DNA of 64,000 bases from Asterias rubens (GCF_902459465.1 NC_047070.1:8618001-8682000); one strand, 5' to 3'; positions 1-13,160 are shown, numbered from the stretch's first letter. Numbers and translations are program-made. The notes: a model not told the origin generated them from the letters alone.

Positions 1-419
1 CAGTCAGGAAAATAGACGTCTCTAAGCCTCCAGCTAAGAGCTTTGGAGACTTTGATAATTAATGGCAAATAATAAATACAATTGAGTCTTCAGTCTGAAA
101 GCAACACATGGACATCGGTCCTTACACTTAAAGGATTCAGGTACTTTTTCAAAATGTCCACAGATCTACATTAAACTTACAGGGTTTGAAGATAATGATA
201 GTGGAAAGCTTCCCTTCAAATATTACTAACTGAGGTTGTGTAGTTTTTGAGAAATGAGTAATGGCTTTAAGGGGAAGCCCTAGACATACTTCAGCAAGGA
301 AACCTTGAAGCACTACAATTCAATTAATGTCCTTTTCATTACTATGCATTGTTTCATTCATTAGTAATTATTTATTTGTTAAATAAACCACAAGGGAAAC
401 TGACTGGGTAATTGTAAAG

Positions 420-475
420 CAGCTAAATCGGAAGAGCACCGGCACGTAAATCCGGAGGTCGCAGGTTCAAACCAT
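420..475 (+). mobile_element. Degenerate tRNA-like SINE head
   Basis: AGCTAAATCGGAAGAGCACCGG...CCGGAGGTCGCAGGTTCAAACC has A/B-box-like motifs but no acceptor stem. Confidence 0.45.
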
Positions 476-998
476 ATCAGTGTCAAATTGTCTTAGTTCA
501 CCCACAAAAATATGGATAATTTATTTAATATATTTCAAGTAATTTTCACATTAAATAAGTGCCTACTAATACATTCACAATTAGTACGTGTACTGTACAT
601 GTTTTGTCCAAAATATGATAACTTTTGCATGGTGAACACCAAAAATTAGGGATCATGTGATGTCCAGAATTTTGACATAGCAAAATGTTCTAGACTTTGG
701 AGTACAGCTTATATAAATGTTATCATTCTGGTTTAAAAAATAAATAAAAAACACTCAAAACATGTAGCCCAAGAGCAGAATTACATCTTAACTTTACAAA
801 GGGATTTAAACGAGCAAAGATTAATTTAAAAGGGAAAAAAAGATGGAGTAGCAACTGGTGATTTTTCAGTAGAACCCTGATTCTTCGTGTGTAGCATTTT
901 GCAAAATTGCAAAACAAAGGGAAAACATTTCAACTCAGTTGAATGAGTTAAAGCAAAGTTCATGAGTGAGATGACCAGTCAAGTACTACATCAAATGG

Positions 999-1396
999 TT
1001 AAAGGCAGTGGACACTATTGGTAATTACTCCAAATAATCATTAGCATAAAACCATACTTGGTAATGAGCAATGAAGAGCTGTCGATAGTATAAAACATTG
1101 TGAGAAACGGCTCCCTCTGAAGTAACGTAGTTTTCGAGAAAGAAAGAAAACTTATAAACTTTCCACGAATTTGATTTCGAAATCTCAGATTTAGAATTTG
1201 AAGTCTAAAAATCAAGCATCTGAAGGCACACAACTTCATGTGACAAGGGTGTTTTTTTTCTTTCATTATTATCTCGCAACTTCGACGACCGATTGAGCTC
1301 AAATTTTCACAGGTTTGTTATTTTGTGCATATGTTGAGATACACCAACTGTGAAGGCTAGTCTTTGAAAATTACCAATAGTGTCCAGTGTCTTTAA
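999..1396. mobile_element. MITE family A (TTAA-flanked, ~380-400 bp, Kolobok-like), orientation B
   Basis: TTAA-AGGCAGTGGACACTATTGGTAATT ... inverted end, TTAA; at least 12 copies in the window. Confidence 0.85.
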
Positions 1397-1561
1397 AGAT
1401 TTCTTCAAGGTATAAGGCTTAGCAAAGATCCATTCTTCATACCCATTGCAGGCCGGGAATGTTATCTTTGAGAGGGCAAACCTATTTGCCCTCCATTGGA
1501 AAATCTTAAAAGTCTATGGGAAACAGAATATGTAACCTCTGTGGCCCCTGTGTAAACTCCA

Positions 1562-1709
1562 GGGGCCGATTTCACAACGCAATAAAATTCATCGCAAGAC
1601 AAATTGTCAGTATTTACCAAAGTGATTTGTATTGTGTCATCACACTTTACTAAGCAACTGCGATTGATTTGCAGTTACGATCAATCGTAGCTCTTTGTGA
1701 AATCACCCT
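1562..1709. mobile_element. MITE family F (GGG-CGATTTCAC termini)
   Basis: Related copies at 21272-21427, 43396-43564 and partial 45300-45430. Confidence 0.65.
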
Positions 1710-2727
1710 CATGCCTGCATTGTAAAGGTTGATGTTTCAACCAGAGTTAACCCTCACTGAACTTGAATTTGACACTGGTTTGAACCAGCCCCTTGGATCA
1801 ATTACATCCCCCATTAAAAACATAAGTGAACATACAGACCAGAACCTATAATGTGATACAGAATGGGCTACAGAAATGCTCCAAAGACCAGGAGGTAGAG
1901 CAACTGTGGCACGGAATAACAATATCCGGGTAAAAAAAAAAAAAATGTGCATGGACCAATGACTCCAAGTTCACTGTCAACATTTTACATGTTCATACTT
2001 CAATAAATTTCTTTGCGGCATGCCACACTCCACAGGAAGGCACCATTTCCACTGGTCGAAGCCTTTGTGTTGATTTCAGTCGATGCGATGCATAATTGCC
2101 CTCCTGCAGTTTACTTGCCCGAAGAAATTATAGGAAAGAACAAGTTGAGACGTACTCAACAAGAGAACTCTACAAAGCGGATGTAATAAGTATTTCTCGA
2201 CGAGCTGTAGTGACCTTCATCACGTTCCAGACCATCTCACTCTATCTCTCGCATCAACAATTTAACAAGAACAAAAAACGTTCCGCTTGCTGCAAGCGGA
2301 CAAAGAAATTTTACAAACCAGAGCTCTAGTCAGAAATGAAAAAAATCTCATTCACACTGTGCTATCACACAGGATCTGAAATGCCATGGAACGTTACACT
2401 CTGTTCATGATTGATGTAAAACAAATCAGGTGAAAATGACGTCGACATTATACCCACGACAAATGCAATTGGAAAATACTGAACTATTGATTAAATTGCA
2501 CACATGGAAATGGAAAGTAAGGAGCTCTGGAAGTGACACCCAACTTGTTGAGATGCTGATCCTGCAGGATCATGACCATAAATTAGAGAAAGATGATGAA
2601 ATCCAGAAATAAATTACCTGTGGATGACATCGTGATAGTAGGATGTTGTCTTTCGAAGATAATTTATCCTGAGTTCTTGTCATTGTTTATGATGTAATCA
2701 TCCCGAGAAAATTTATCTCAGCAAATC

Positions 2728-3123
2728 GACATCTTCTGTTTATGACATCATTCAACATCCTAAGCTAAAATATATCGGGAAGATGACATCTTACTTCACG
2801 ATTTTGTCATCCTTAGATAAATCATCTCGGGATGACACCATCTTACATTTATGACGTAATCATCTTGCAGTGTATCAACATGATCTCAACAGGATCTCAA
2901 CATGAGTGATCAGATTGGTGTAGAGACATCTTCTGTTTATGACATCATTCAACATCCTCAGTTATAATATGTCATCTTACTTCACAATTTTGTCATCCTT
3001 TGTCATTCTGAGAACATCTTAGGATGTCATCATCTTACATTTATGATGTAATCATCTTGCAGTGTATCAATATGATCTCAACAGGATCTCAACAAGAGTG
3101 GTCAGGTTGATGTAGAGACATCT
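2728..3123 (+). repeat. Degenerate tandem duplication, period about 195 bp
   Basis: gacatcttctgtttatgacatcattcaacatcct recurs at 2728 and 2925; the unit start recurs at 3117. Confidence 0.75.
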
Positions 3124-3701
3124 TTCCTCACCTTCCACCTCTAGGATCATAGTTTAGAATCACGCTGAGGGCACTATGTGGATTGGGTTGTCAGTCCCTA
3201 CTCGACTGCCATTTTTTTTTCTTCCTGGATTATAGTTGTCTGGGGTTTTCCTCCCACATCTCAACCTGAAACTTATACTTCCTCGCTTTCTCTACATTGG
3301 GTTCTTAGCTAGTACAGTGATCAAATTCACTTTATGAGAGAAAAATAATTATGAAAGTTTTATCGTGGACTACAAATTAAAGTAAAAGAAAAAAAAAATC
3401 ACAAATTTAAACAAACTTCGTCACTCGATAATGGTATGGTTACAAAACTGATGGAAAAGTGAAATGAAAAGCTACATGTAACTGGTCCTGCTTGCTAGTC
3501 ACTGAAGAAGTTACAGATTAAACCCTGAGAAGGTGCCGCTAACACTGTCAAAAATTACATGCTTGTGCCAATAGTATACAGATTGCTATTGGTTATGAAG
3601 AGTGCAAAACCAAGCAATACATGTAAACTTTCCTTATTTACACAACTATCATCAGCTTGTAGCAAACACTTTTGTCAAAACAACTGTATCCCTGATCATT
3701 T

Positions 3702-3895
3702 CCCAATTTCATAGAGCTGCTTGAGCACAAAAATGAGCTAAGCAAAACAGAGGTACATTATTGTGCTTTCCACAATAAGGTTACCAGCCAAAATACTATG
3801 GCACATGTACAATTTTTAACTGGTATCCTTTTCATTATTACTAAGCAGGGATTTTTTAAGCATCATTTTATGCTTAAGCAGCTCTATAAAATTGG
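3702..3895. mobile_element. MITE family G (GGCCCAATTTCATAGAGCTG termini)
   Basis: Further copies or fragments at ~10700-10836, 20680-20833, 22157-22300, 44720-45294, 47781-47968, 50422-50624, 56090-56280. Confidence 0.7.
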
Positions 3896-4509
3896 ACACT
3901 AGAGACTTTGCCTTGTACAGTAGTATAGTGTCACTGCAAACCAAATCACTAAGGTGGGCTGTTAAGATGAAAGTGTGGGCTATGGACAGGGACTCCATGC
4001 GTGATGTCACAATGTTGCAAATTGTAACAACAGGCACCCGGATAAGAATATAATCGATCCTGTAAGCTAAAATAGAAGTCCCAGCCAATTCTATACCTTC
4101 CACCTGAGAAGTGGTTAAAAAGCAGGACAGTTCTTTTCAGAACTGAGGAGTCTCCCGGACATCCGATAAATCTACTCCTCGGTAGTAGAATAAAGAAAGA
4201 CAATTCTCTGAGAACAAACTCTACCTGGCATGTAGATATACACAAGGTGTTACCGCAAACCAAATATATATTGATACCTCACCACGCAATGGCTCAAATC
4301 CTATATAAGCCTATAATCATTCAACGCATATAAATTCACATCCAAATATATTTTTAAAAAAAGACCATATACAGGCTAGAATTTACATGTACAACAAACA
4401 CATTGACTTCTTGAATAAAAACAATCTTGTCAAAAAAAAGTATTTACAAAGTTATTAAAGGGGCGCGTTTAATTGACGAATTAAGAATCCGGACACAGGC
4501 TTTTCTGAC

Positions 4510-4657
4510 AATGGGAGACTTTCTGGGACGATAGAGGGCAGCAGACTTACCGGGTAAATCCATTGTTCTCAGAATTATGCACATGTTCAGAACTACGTAA
4601 ACAATGGAAATTTACCCGGTATGTCTGCTGCCACCTAGCGTTGGAAAGTCTCCTATT
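4510..4657. mobile_element. ~148-bp hairpin MITE family C
   Basis: AATGGGAGACTTT...AAAGTCTCC(T/C)ATT; second copy at 9584-9731. Confidence 0.8.
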
Positions 4658-4876
4658 GCGTGCGCTTTCTGTACGCGTTCAGGGCTTCAGACAAGAGAAC
4701 GGAACCTGAAGCAGAATCTGAAGCCGAATCTAAAGCCGAAGCCGCGGTTTTGAAAAGGGCCATATGAAGCCAGGCTTATAAGCCTAAAGCCAAGTATGTC
4801 GATACTCCTTCAACAACATTCAACAACACATGCACAAGTATCTGCTGATTGGCATACACTCTCAGACGAATCTTAC

Positions 4877-4975
4877 CTTATCAAACAGCTTCCTACCGTT
4901 CATTAATGCTTTAGCAGTGTTAGCTTTCTTGTGGTCTTCAAACTCGACAAAGCAGTACGGGTCATTTGATCCATG
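4877..4975 (-). CDS. TIA1: TIA1/TIAR-like, exon 4 ([33 protein letters not shown])
   Basis: NDPYCFVEF (RNP1) and MNGRK as in TIA1/TIAR. Acceptor ttgttctcag, donor AAG|GTAAGA, 99 nt, phase 0/0. Later exons were not found in the window. Confidence 0.95.
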
Positions 4976-5124
4976 CTGAGAACAAGAACATTAATAAAAA
5001 ACCGTTTAAATTTCAATGGCCCTGTGTCATGACAGCAAGTTAAAGGTTTTAAACTTAAGTTTGCGACAAGTTTTTAAAACTACAAAACTACAGAATAACT
5101 ACCTAACTTCTATGGCCATCTCCC

Positions 5125-5504
5125 TTAAAGACAGTGGACACTTTGGAAATTGTCAAAGACCAGTCTTCTCACTTGGTGTATCTCAACATATGCATAGAAT
5201 AACAAACCTGTGAAAATTTGAGCTCTTTGGTCATCGAAATTTGCGAGATAATAATGAAAGAAAAACACCTTGTCACACGAAGTTGTGTGCTTTCTGATGC
5301 TTGATTTCGAGACCTCAAATTCTTAACTTGAGGTCTCGAAATCAAATTCGTGGAAAATTACTTCTTTCTCGAAAACTCTGTCACTTCAGAGGGAGCTGTT
5401 TCTCACAATGTTTTATACTCTCAACCTCTCCCCATTACTCGTAATCAAGAAAGGTTTTATGATTATTATTTTGAGTAATTACCAACAGTATCCACTGCCT
5501 TTAA
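5125..5504. mobile_element. MITE family A, orientation A
   Basis: Same TIRs and internal sequence. Confidence 0.85.
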
Positions 5505-5962
5505 AAGAGGTCCTTTTTTTTTTAAGAAAAAGTCGAATCCCATTTAAAGCTAATCCCTATTATATTTCCCAAGCAGTATTGTAAACTGGGCATGATCCTT
5601 GGCTACATGTGTGTATAATCAGCTTTTTATTTTGTTTACTACAATTTTGCCTAGTTTTTGTTTTGTTTACATTTGTTTTTGTTACTCCCTACATGAAATC
5701 TTTGGAGTTTGATGTTTGTATTGTATATATTCTTGCCATGCCTTTAACACTCTAAATGGGAGGGATTAAAAGATTAGTCTGGGGGATTGCAGTTGGAGAC
5801 CAGTCTGTTTTGATTTAGGGTAAACATTTATTTTGTTCAGTGCCTCGGATTTATTTTTGGTGCATGAAGTGGATTGGTACCTGACTGCGGTCCTTTGGAT
5901 TGACTTTAAATCCCTCCCATTGAGAGTGAACAGTTTTATTAAAAAAAAAAAAAAAAGGGTTT

Positions 5963-6532
5963 TTAAAGTCACCTAGAAATAGAATTTTTTTTCTTTCAAA
6001 CATAAGAGTATATGCTTACGAACAATAAAACAACTTTTTTAGTAATTGTTTGTCACGATTCATGTTTAAAAAATATATAAAGTTGTTTGGGGGGCTGGCT
6101 CCGCCTACCCCAGACTTTGCCTGCAATGCGTATAGTACATGTAAACACACGTGCAAAGTACATGTACATATCCAAGTCGTGAGTTGGTACGTTTCAAAAA
6201 GTGTTTTTCTGCATTCAGCAGCAATACACCTGGTCGGCATTGCCGGATAAAAAAACAAAAAAATCTTTTTTTGAAACGTACAAACTCACGACTTGGTCCG
6301 TACATGTACTTTGCAATTGTGTTTACTCTACGCATTACAGGCAAAGTCTGCCTCGATTGACGTCACGAACAGCGCCCTCTCGGGTCGGGGTCTGCTCTTA
6401 AATTTGTAAATAACATAAAAACTGATTTTTTAAAACATTAGTTAACTGTTTATTCACATTCCACTCATCAAAACACATTTATTAGTGACAAAAGCTTTAT
6501 TTTGAAAAAATACCACTTCCAGGTGACTTTAA
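5963..6532. mobile_element. TTAA-flanked non-autonomous element with an internal inverted repeat
   Basis: TTAAAGTCACCT...AGGTGACTTTAA; inner arms about 6110-6210 and 6270-6350. Confidence 0.75.
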
Positions 6533-7637
6533 GTGTAATGTTTTTTCGTCATTTAAATTTGTAATGTAATGCTTTACACTGATGTTTAATTGAATAATTT
6601 TAAGTTACTGTTCTCCTCCCTATTAGAGTGAACAGTACTTCTCCCTCTCCGTTTTTCTGTTTTAGATTTAGGCCATTTTAAATAGTAATGTTATGTTTTA
6701 CTCAAAATTTTTAACTCTGTAACTGTTCATGTAATTCTCCTGCTGGCAGCGAATTGAATAGATTTTTAATAAACCATTAAATGAATAACCCATTGAATGA
6801 ATATATTGCAGTGTACAGCTGTGTGACTTCGAAACAACTCAAGAATTGTTGATTAAGTGTTTTCAAACTGCCAGCACGATAAGAAGGGTTGGAGTGGAAC
6901 GATTTAACCCATCAATACAATCAACATTCAACAACCATGTTAACAACTTCAGAGGAAGGCTCAGTTTTCAGGTGATTTACTTCATTTCAACAAAACAAGA
7001 TTGTATTTCGTATTCGGGCGAGCTGTGAACTCGAAACAAGATTTCAGGGTGTTTTTTTAACAAGGAAATGATCTACATGTAGGCCTAATAATCTAAAGTA
7101 TGGGACTGCATTTAAAAACAACAATATTTCAGAATGTTTTCACAAGGAAATGATAACCAAAGTAACGGATTTGCGATACAAGATAAAGGGATTTTTCTGT
7201 GCTTTACATTTATGTAAATGCTATCTCTACTTTTGGTAGACAGTTTGAGGGTGTTTGCTCTCTTTTCCACATTAAATGGTCCGAACTACATGTACATGTA
7301 TGGTGAAGGTATGGGTGTATAAAAGCAAAGGTGTGTCAGCAAGTTTAACGGTGCATTTAAAAACAATTCACAGTGGCACTCCGCGATAATGCTAAAGACA
7401 ACTCAGTACCTGGATCTCTGACACGACATCAAATTTCACTGGTACATGTACGCCAAAATTGACTTTCTTAGTGCTATTTGTCTCAATTCCATTTAATATT
7501 CGTCGAGCTCTAGCAGTTCTTTTTTGTAAATGACATCCAGGGATGACGCATGCGCCTTTACTGAAGGCTAGTACAGGCGTAGCCCTATATAGGACTTTCC
7601 CTCTGTACACAGATACAGAGTCCTAACTATTAAAGCC

Positions 7638-8191
7638 CGTTTCTGGGGCGGAAAAGTTTACCTGCAACAAGCCACTAATTTCACCAGATTCACATTCCAT
7701 GGCGGCATACATTTTTCTGCGGTGGGTTTTGGTCCTCATATTTTCCTCACAAATCCGTCATTTTCGTGAAATAATGCAGCTCCCAACGTAAAAATATTTC
7801 CGTTTTGATCGTTTTCTCACAGTGTTGTCTGTTGTCGTGCGTACGCGTCTACATTCGCATGTAGGACGCATGATGCAAGCTTAGGCGCGTTAATTCTTGG
7901 TCACCGTATCTTGACTGCACAGCGTTAACACGCAACACACTTCAAAATTTGCGCGTCGTGCGTCTTGCGCACACACGGCAGACTGTGAGAGTAAGAACAA
8001 AAACGGGAATTCCTTAATGTTGGGAGCTGCATTATTTCATAAAAATGACAGATTTGTGAAGAATAACTTACGATCAAAACCCACCGCAGAAAAACATATG
8101 CTGCCTTGGAATGTGAATCTGTTGAAATTGGTGCTTTCTTGCAGGTAAGATTTGAGTTATGAAGCTGTGAAAATTTTCCGCCCCAGAAATG
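7638..8191. mobile_element. Foldback-type element with ~200-bp TIRs in TIA1 intron
   Basis: tttctggggcggaaaa...ttttccgccccagaaa; arms match over roughly 200 bp; CpG-rich centre. Confidence 0.75.
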
Positions 8192-9076
8192 TACCCTGAT
8201 GTCCAGGACGTCACTGTAGTACAATACGAAAGTGTAAGGCCGCCAGGGCTGGTACAGGCGGTGATGTTTACAGGCATGATACTTCATGCAGGGCAACGAA
8301 GACGACTGGTCATTGCGTTGGTGCCCTTGAAATGCTCCGATAGAAATTTGCACTTTATAGGATACCTTTTGCCAAGGAGAAAAATACTTTGGTGCCCTTG
8401 CCCTTTCAAAAACGAAGCAAACGGGCCTGGGTTTAGTATGCCAATGATCCTGTACTGTACGTACATGTAAGTGGTGGACTGTTTGTCTGACAGCCGGGTG
8501 TGTTCAGCAAATGCTACGTCATAACATGCATTATTAGTGCGTAAAGCACCATTCAATGTTATCTTCATTAAAAACATTCAGGACATCCTGATTTGGATCT
8601 ATCAAAATACATGTAAGCTCTGATACAACAAACATACTATTATAATTCGGGTAAACATAACAGCCATCAGGAAGTAGAGTACAGGATAAATTTCACCCTG
8701 ATTAAAAGAGACCTGAATTTTTGGTGTTGTTTTCTTCAGTGTATTGACAACATGTATGTGAGATCAGTCACAATTTTTCTATGAGATAAGCAGCTTGGCA
8801 GTGTCAAAACTCTCTTAATACCAAACTTTAGAAGATTTTGGGGGTTTTGGCAGCAAGAAGCCAATTTGACATTTTTATGAACAGTACAATGTATACATGT
8901 GACGCACGTGTATATCCACTGTAATACTCCTATAGATAGTGTTTGACACATCAATCGCAGAAGTCATCAATAATTGTCTACTTTCAGAACCATTAGGTAT
9001 TAACTTCAAAAATTAAAGCTAAATTTAAAGAAGACTGATTGCTTCCGACATGAAAGCTTACATTCAACTTAATGGC

Positions 9077-9222
9077 ATAGACCGTTTCCGCAAATACCCA
9101 TTGCACAAGCGCTATCTGCTGAATGAGGTGTATTCTAGCGATCACACTTGGTCATTAGCTAGACCAGCATGCACCTCATTCCAAGCCTAACGCCTGTACT
9201 GAGTATTTGAGATAAGGTCTAT
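9077..9222. mobile_element. ~150-bp MITE family D
   Basis: ATAGACC...GCAAATAC / GTATTTG...GGTCTAT; homolog at 26385-26538. Confidence 0.7.
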
Positions 9223-9583
9223 GGTGCTCCTTCTGACAGCTCGTACATTCTATCCACGAATCTACACTTTCTCGTCCATTCTCCTGCATTGTACACAACA
9301 TTATTTGTGTACAAATACATGATAGGATGTACCGGTTTACCTGTGCAACAGACAACAAATTCTTACAAGCTTTACAGCGAGTTGATCAAATGTCCTATTA
9401 TTATCATTATTATTATATCAAATATTCATTTAACATGTGGGCCGAGTACCCACAACCATTGTGAATTTTTAATTGCAACATAATTAACAAAAGTGATGAC
9501 CTAATTTCTTTTTAGAGAAGGGGTTCACCCCAGTGTTTTCTGGTTTGATTGGCTGCTGATTGCGGATGCAGCACCTTGTTAAC

Positions 9584-9731
9584 AATGGGAGACTTTTGAA
9601 CACTAGGTGGCAGCAGACTTACCAGGTGAATTGTCATTGTTTACTAAGTTCTGAGCATGCGCACATTACCAAGAACAATGGATTTTACCCGGTAGGTCTG
9701 CTGCCACCATGCGTCCCAAAAGTCTCCCATT
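9584..9731. mobile_element. MITE family C, second copy
   Basis: Homologous to 4510-4657. Confidence 0.8.
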
Positions 9732-10239
9732 AGACGGTGCTTTGTAAATAAATGGGTCTTACATTTTGGATATTGCTCTACGTACAGTACCTTGTAGAAA
9801 GTAATAACAACCGCTTTGAGACGCCCGCAGGTTTAATAAAGTGTGTTTATAAGAACAAGCACGGTATAGCCACAGTGGGCACTGCCGGATGGGTGGTGCT
9901 GTACGGGCCTGCCCAGAACTAAACAATTTCACCAAGCACGCTAAGCAAAAAATACACTGTGTTGCCCAGCACAGATGTCCCCCAGATTGCAGTTCAGAAA
10001 TGAGTGCCTGTATCTAACCATGAATAATTTGGTTGAATTCCCCCTTGGTGGACTAAATTGGATTCAGAGGCCACCGCTAAAATTGGTCTACTTGGTATAG
10101 CTACAACACTGATAAGTTATATTAGTATTATTTTTATTTAATGAGAACAAAAAAAAGGATAGCACACTTACAACTCCACAATGCAAATATTCAGAGAAAT
10201 TGAGAACCAATCCAGGGTTTCGTTACTTACACTACTTAC

Positions 10240-10333
10240 TTCGTTCATCATCTTACATGTTGTACTTCCTAATTCAGAGAAGATACCAAATAAAAGCTCT
10301 TCTGTGACCTGTCTACTGAGGTTTCCAACGTAC
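10240..10333 (-). CDS. TIA1: TIA1/TIAR-like, exon 3 (RRM1 RNP2: YVGNLSRQVTEELLFGIFSELGSTTCKMMNE)
   Basis: ttgttctacag acceptor and GAA|GTAAGT donor. Matches human TIA1 LYVGNLSRDVTE...CKMIMD in sequence and intron position. Confidence 0.93.
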
Positions 10334-11801
10334 CTGTAGAACAAACAAAAACAGAACTTTGAGAAATTATTGTTTCAAAGTTGGTGTCTCTTCATATTTA
10401 AAACCACAATTAGCAACACGGACAACATTACCCATACTGTGTGAGCTGCACAAAACACCCTGTGCTTTCCCCAATCACAGACACACTATGGGATCGACCC
10501 AACGGCCACCGCCATCCATTCTAGAACAGCTCTAGGTCTTACTTCAAGACTATCGAGCATGACCTGTGACAAGTTTGAGTCCTACATGTATATTAAGCAG
10601 CAGCAGATACTGCTCTACATGACTTTAATGATGATCAAATGCAGGTTCCAATTTCATAAGGCTGTTGAGAAGAAAATAGTGTTTCTAATAGGCCTAGCAA
10701 GTTTGTATGCTAAGCAAAAAATGGGTGGGCCACCAGTCATAACCTCAAGGAACTTCTGGCTGATAGTCAGTTTCTGCTAAGCAATTTTTGTTGTGCTTAC
10801 AAATTGGTCGTGATTACAGGCTTTATGAAATTGGGACTAGATATTTACAGAAAACTTCCAGAAATGTGCGAAAGCAAAATGGCTGATAATTGGATAAACT
10901 GCAATGCTCTAACAAGTCCCATCATCCCATCATCATGCTACTGAAAATTATGACAATGGAACCAATGTCGAACTTTGTGAAAAATAGCTTGCTGGCCTGC
11001 GTTCCCCCTTATGCTAGACCCGGATGTCTCCAGATGGTAATTCAAAAACTTTACAGACTCCGTGAATCACCAGAAACACAAAACAACAGGTTGAAGCACT
11101 ATGTGGTCGTTGCTTTACTTTTTTTCAAGAAAATTTAAAGGCAATTTTGAGAACATCCTAAAAAATAGAAAAATAATTAAAAATCACGCCTGTAAAGAAA
11201 GAGTACCTTACATGAACCTCCTTGCTCGTATTATCTTCAAACATAAATCCTGCTTGGCTTCACTATAAGCAGAATGAGGTAGGGCATACTTGGCAAATAA
11301 GTTTTTGATTTCCCAGAAGGACCACTGACTGGGGACTATAAATTGTTATGACTGCTCTGATTGCAGTTAGAGTGTAAACAAGTCAACTCACATCCTGCCA
11401 ACTTACATCGTTACCACTTTCAATCCGTTTGGACACCTCTTAATCATATCCCTCGGGCCTAGAATTTCATCTTCGCGAGGGCAAGGCTGTATTCAGTTTG
11501 CAAAGGACAGTAACAACCTGGTAAAGTCGATGGAAAAGTTTTGCAAAGATGCGATTTGGCGTAGGGCCTACACATTGCTATTTATTTAAGAGAAAGTTGC
11601 TGTTAATAAGCAATTTGCGAGTTGGATTTGAATAGTGTCTGGTACAAGGACTTGCTTAGTCACAAGTAAGGCCTACTGCTCACATGTGAATTCCTCAGAC
11701 TATACCAAATGGCTTGGGGGAAGCTTTTGCATCGCAACCCCCAGATGGGCAAACTCTGGTACCATTGTGCGATTAAGAAAGTTCTGTGTCATCACCGTTC
11801 C

Positions 11802-12171
11802 TATATAATATCGAAGTCTTATATAGCGCACGTATCTACCAAACAAGGTACTCAAGGCGCTGAGTATATATACAAACTTTCAGAAAGATAGGTAATTGCA
11901 GTGATGAATTCCGAGACCCAATTATTTAGCACCTTATAAGGGTTTTTACAAGGTGCTATGGCACATTAAGCAGCCACAACCAGGAACACTGGGGCGAACC
12001 CCTTCTCTTTTCGATAAGTGCACTGGGTTCTTTTACATGCGTTACACAACACATGGGACCAACGGCTTTATATCCCATCCGAAGGACGAAGCAATGGTTA
12101 AGTGTCTTGCTCAAGGACACAGTGTCACGGCTGGGGATAATTCGGTGCTCTTAACCGCTCGGCCACGACAC
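11802..12171 (-). mobile_element. tRNA-derived SINE (family b)
   Basis: Head GTGTCGTGGCCGAGCGGTTAAGAGCACCG; body shared with 61301-61507; tail shared with 38430-38556. Confidence 0.8.
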
Positions 12172-12778
12172 TTCCACAAATGTAACTACGCAAAAGCTTG
12201 CCCCAAATGATGTGACATATATTGTAGTAAATGTCTCTATATATGAATTTAAATTTAAGTGGTAACCAAGTGATCAAGCACGTCATTGTACCAGACAATT
12301 TTATACACACGTTGTACATGTATATTGACTGGCAATGAGGTAAATAGTGTACGTCTATTCCCCCCGAGGAACTTTGAGTGACTAGAAGAGGGACAGGCCC
12401 CAATTATGGTCACTTCACAGGCCCAAGGGAGAATAGACGTACACACTTGTTATCGAATTATGCCAGTCAATATGTGTTTTTTAACACAACTCGGTCTTAA
12501 ATGTGAAACAAGAACAGAAATCTAGAAAAGAAAGGAAGTTTTGTAGTTGCTGTTCACGGTTCAAGTCAAGAGAGGGCGCTGCAACCAGGCAATATTTTCA
12601 AAGACTAGTGCCCGCCCGGGTACTACTCCTGTGTTTCAGCCAACCAGAATACCAAACAAGCAAGAGGTATGTTATAATAAAATCTAACTTGCAAATGGCT
12701 TAAATTGCTTGCATGCCTTGGTTCCCCCCTCCACACCCAGGACCTCCCAGATGTTACAATGCAGTGAGGTTTATAGAC

Positions 12779-12829
<51 letters not shown>

Positions 12830-13160
12830 TCTTTTATAGCACATTTCACAATAACCGTATCAATGCGCTGTACATTAGTGCCCTGGTCATAGGGCCAATA
12901 ACATCCCTTTTTAATGTTTCTCAGCTCCCTTGGGAGTATACAACCCTGAGCTGCCTGTAAGGTGCTTGTGGCTTTTCATACACAATATCAACCTCTACCC
13001 TCGCAGGTACCCATTTATACCCCTGGGTGAAGAGAAGCAGTTATAGTAAAGTATCTTGCTCAAGGACACAAGTGTCACGATCGGGATTCGAACCCATACT
13101 CCAGTGAATCAGCAGCAGAACTTGAATTCGATGCTCTTAACCGCCCTTAGCCATGATACT
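12779..13160 (-). mobile_element. tRNA-derived SINE (family a) with (ATT)n tail
   Basis: Minus-strand tRNA-like head with GGTTCGAATCC B box; central GTGTCCTTGAGCAAG...AAATGGGTACC block; stem-loop tail; (AAT)15. Confidence 0.85.

Noticed and set aside
420-475. Functional tRNA gene
   Set aside because: No acceptor stem and degenerate arms; better explained as a SINE head.
1015-1302. Recurrent short ORFs (MSSIGRRSCEI..., MLDFETSN...) at many positions
   Set aside because: These are chance frames inside MITE family A, with variable stops and no transposase motifs.
1737-1800. Next TIA1 exon (VRVNS resembling VKVNW)
   Set aside because: It lacks the invariant Trp-Ala and suitable splice sites; the exon probably lies left of the window.
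2020-2410. Unique regulatory or coding island in TIA1 intron
   Set aside because: It is CpG-rich within a CpG-poor intron, with no meaningful ORF; most likely a repeat that is single-copy in this window, which I cannot classify without a search.
4100-4262. RNase P/MRP, telomerase or H/ACA snoRNA
   Set aside because: I could not find the conserved CR-I/CR-V motifs or properly placed H and ACA boxes; kept only as an unassigned structured island.
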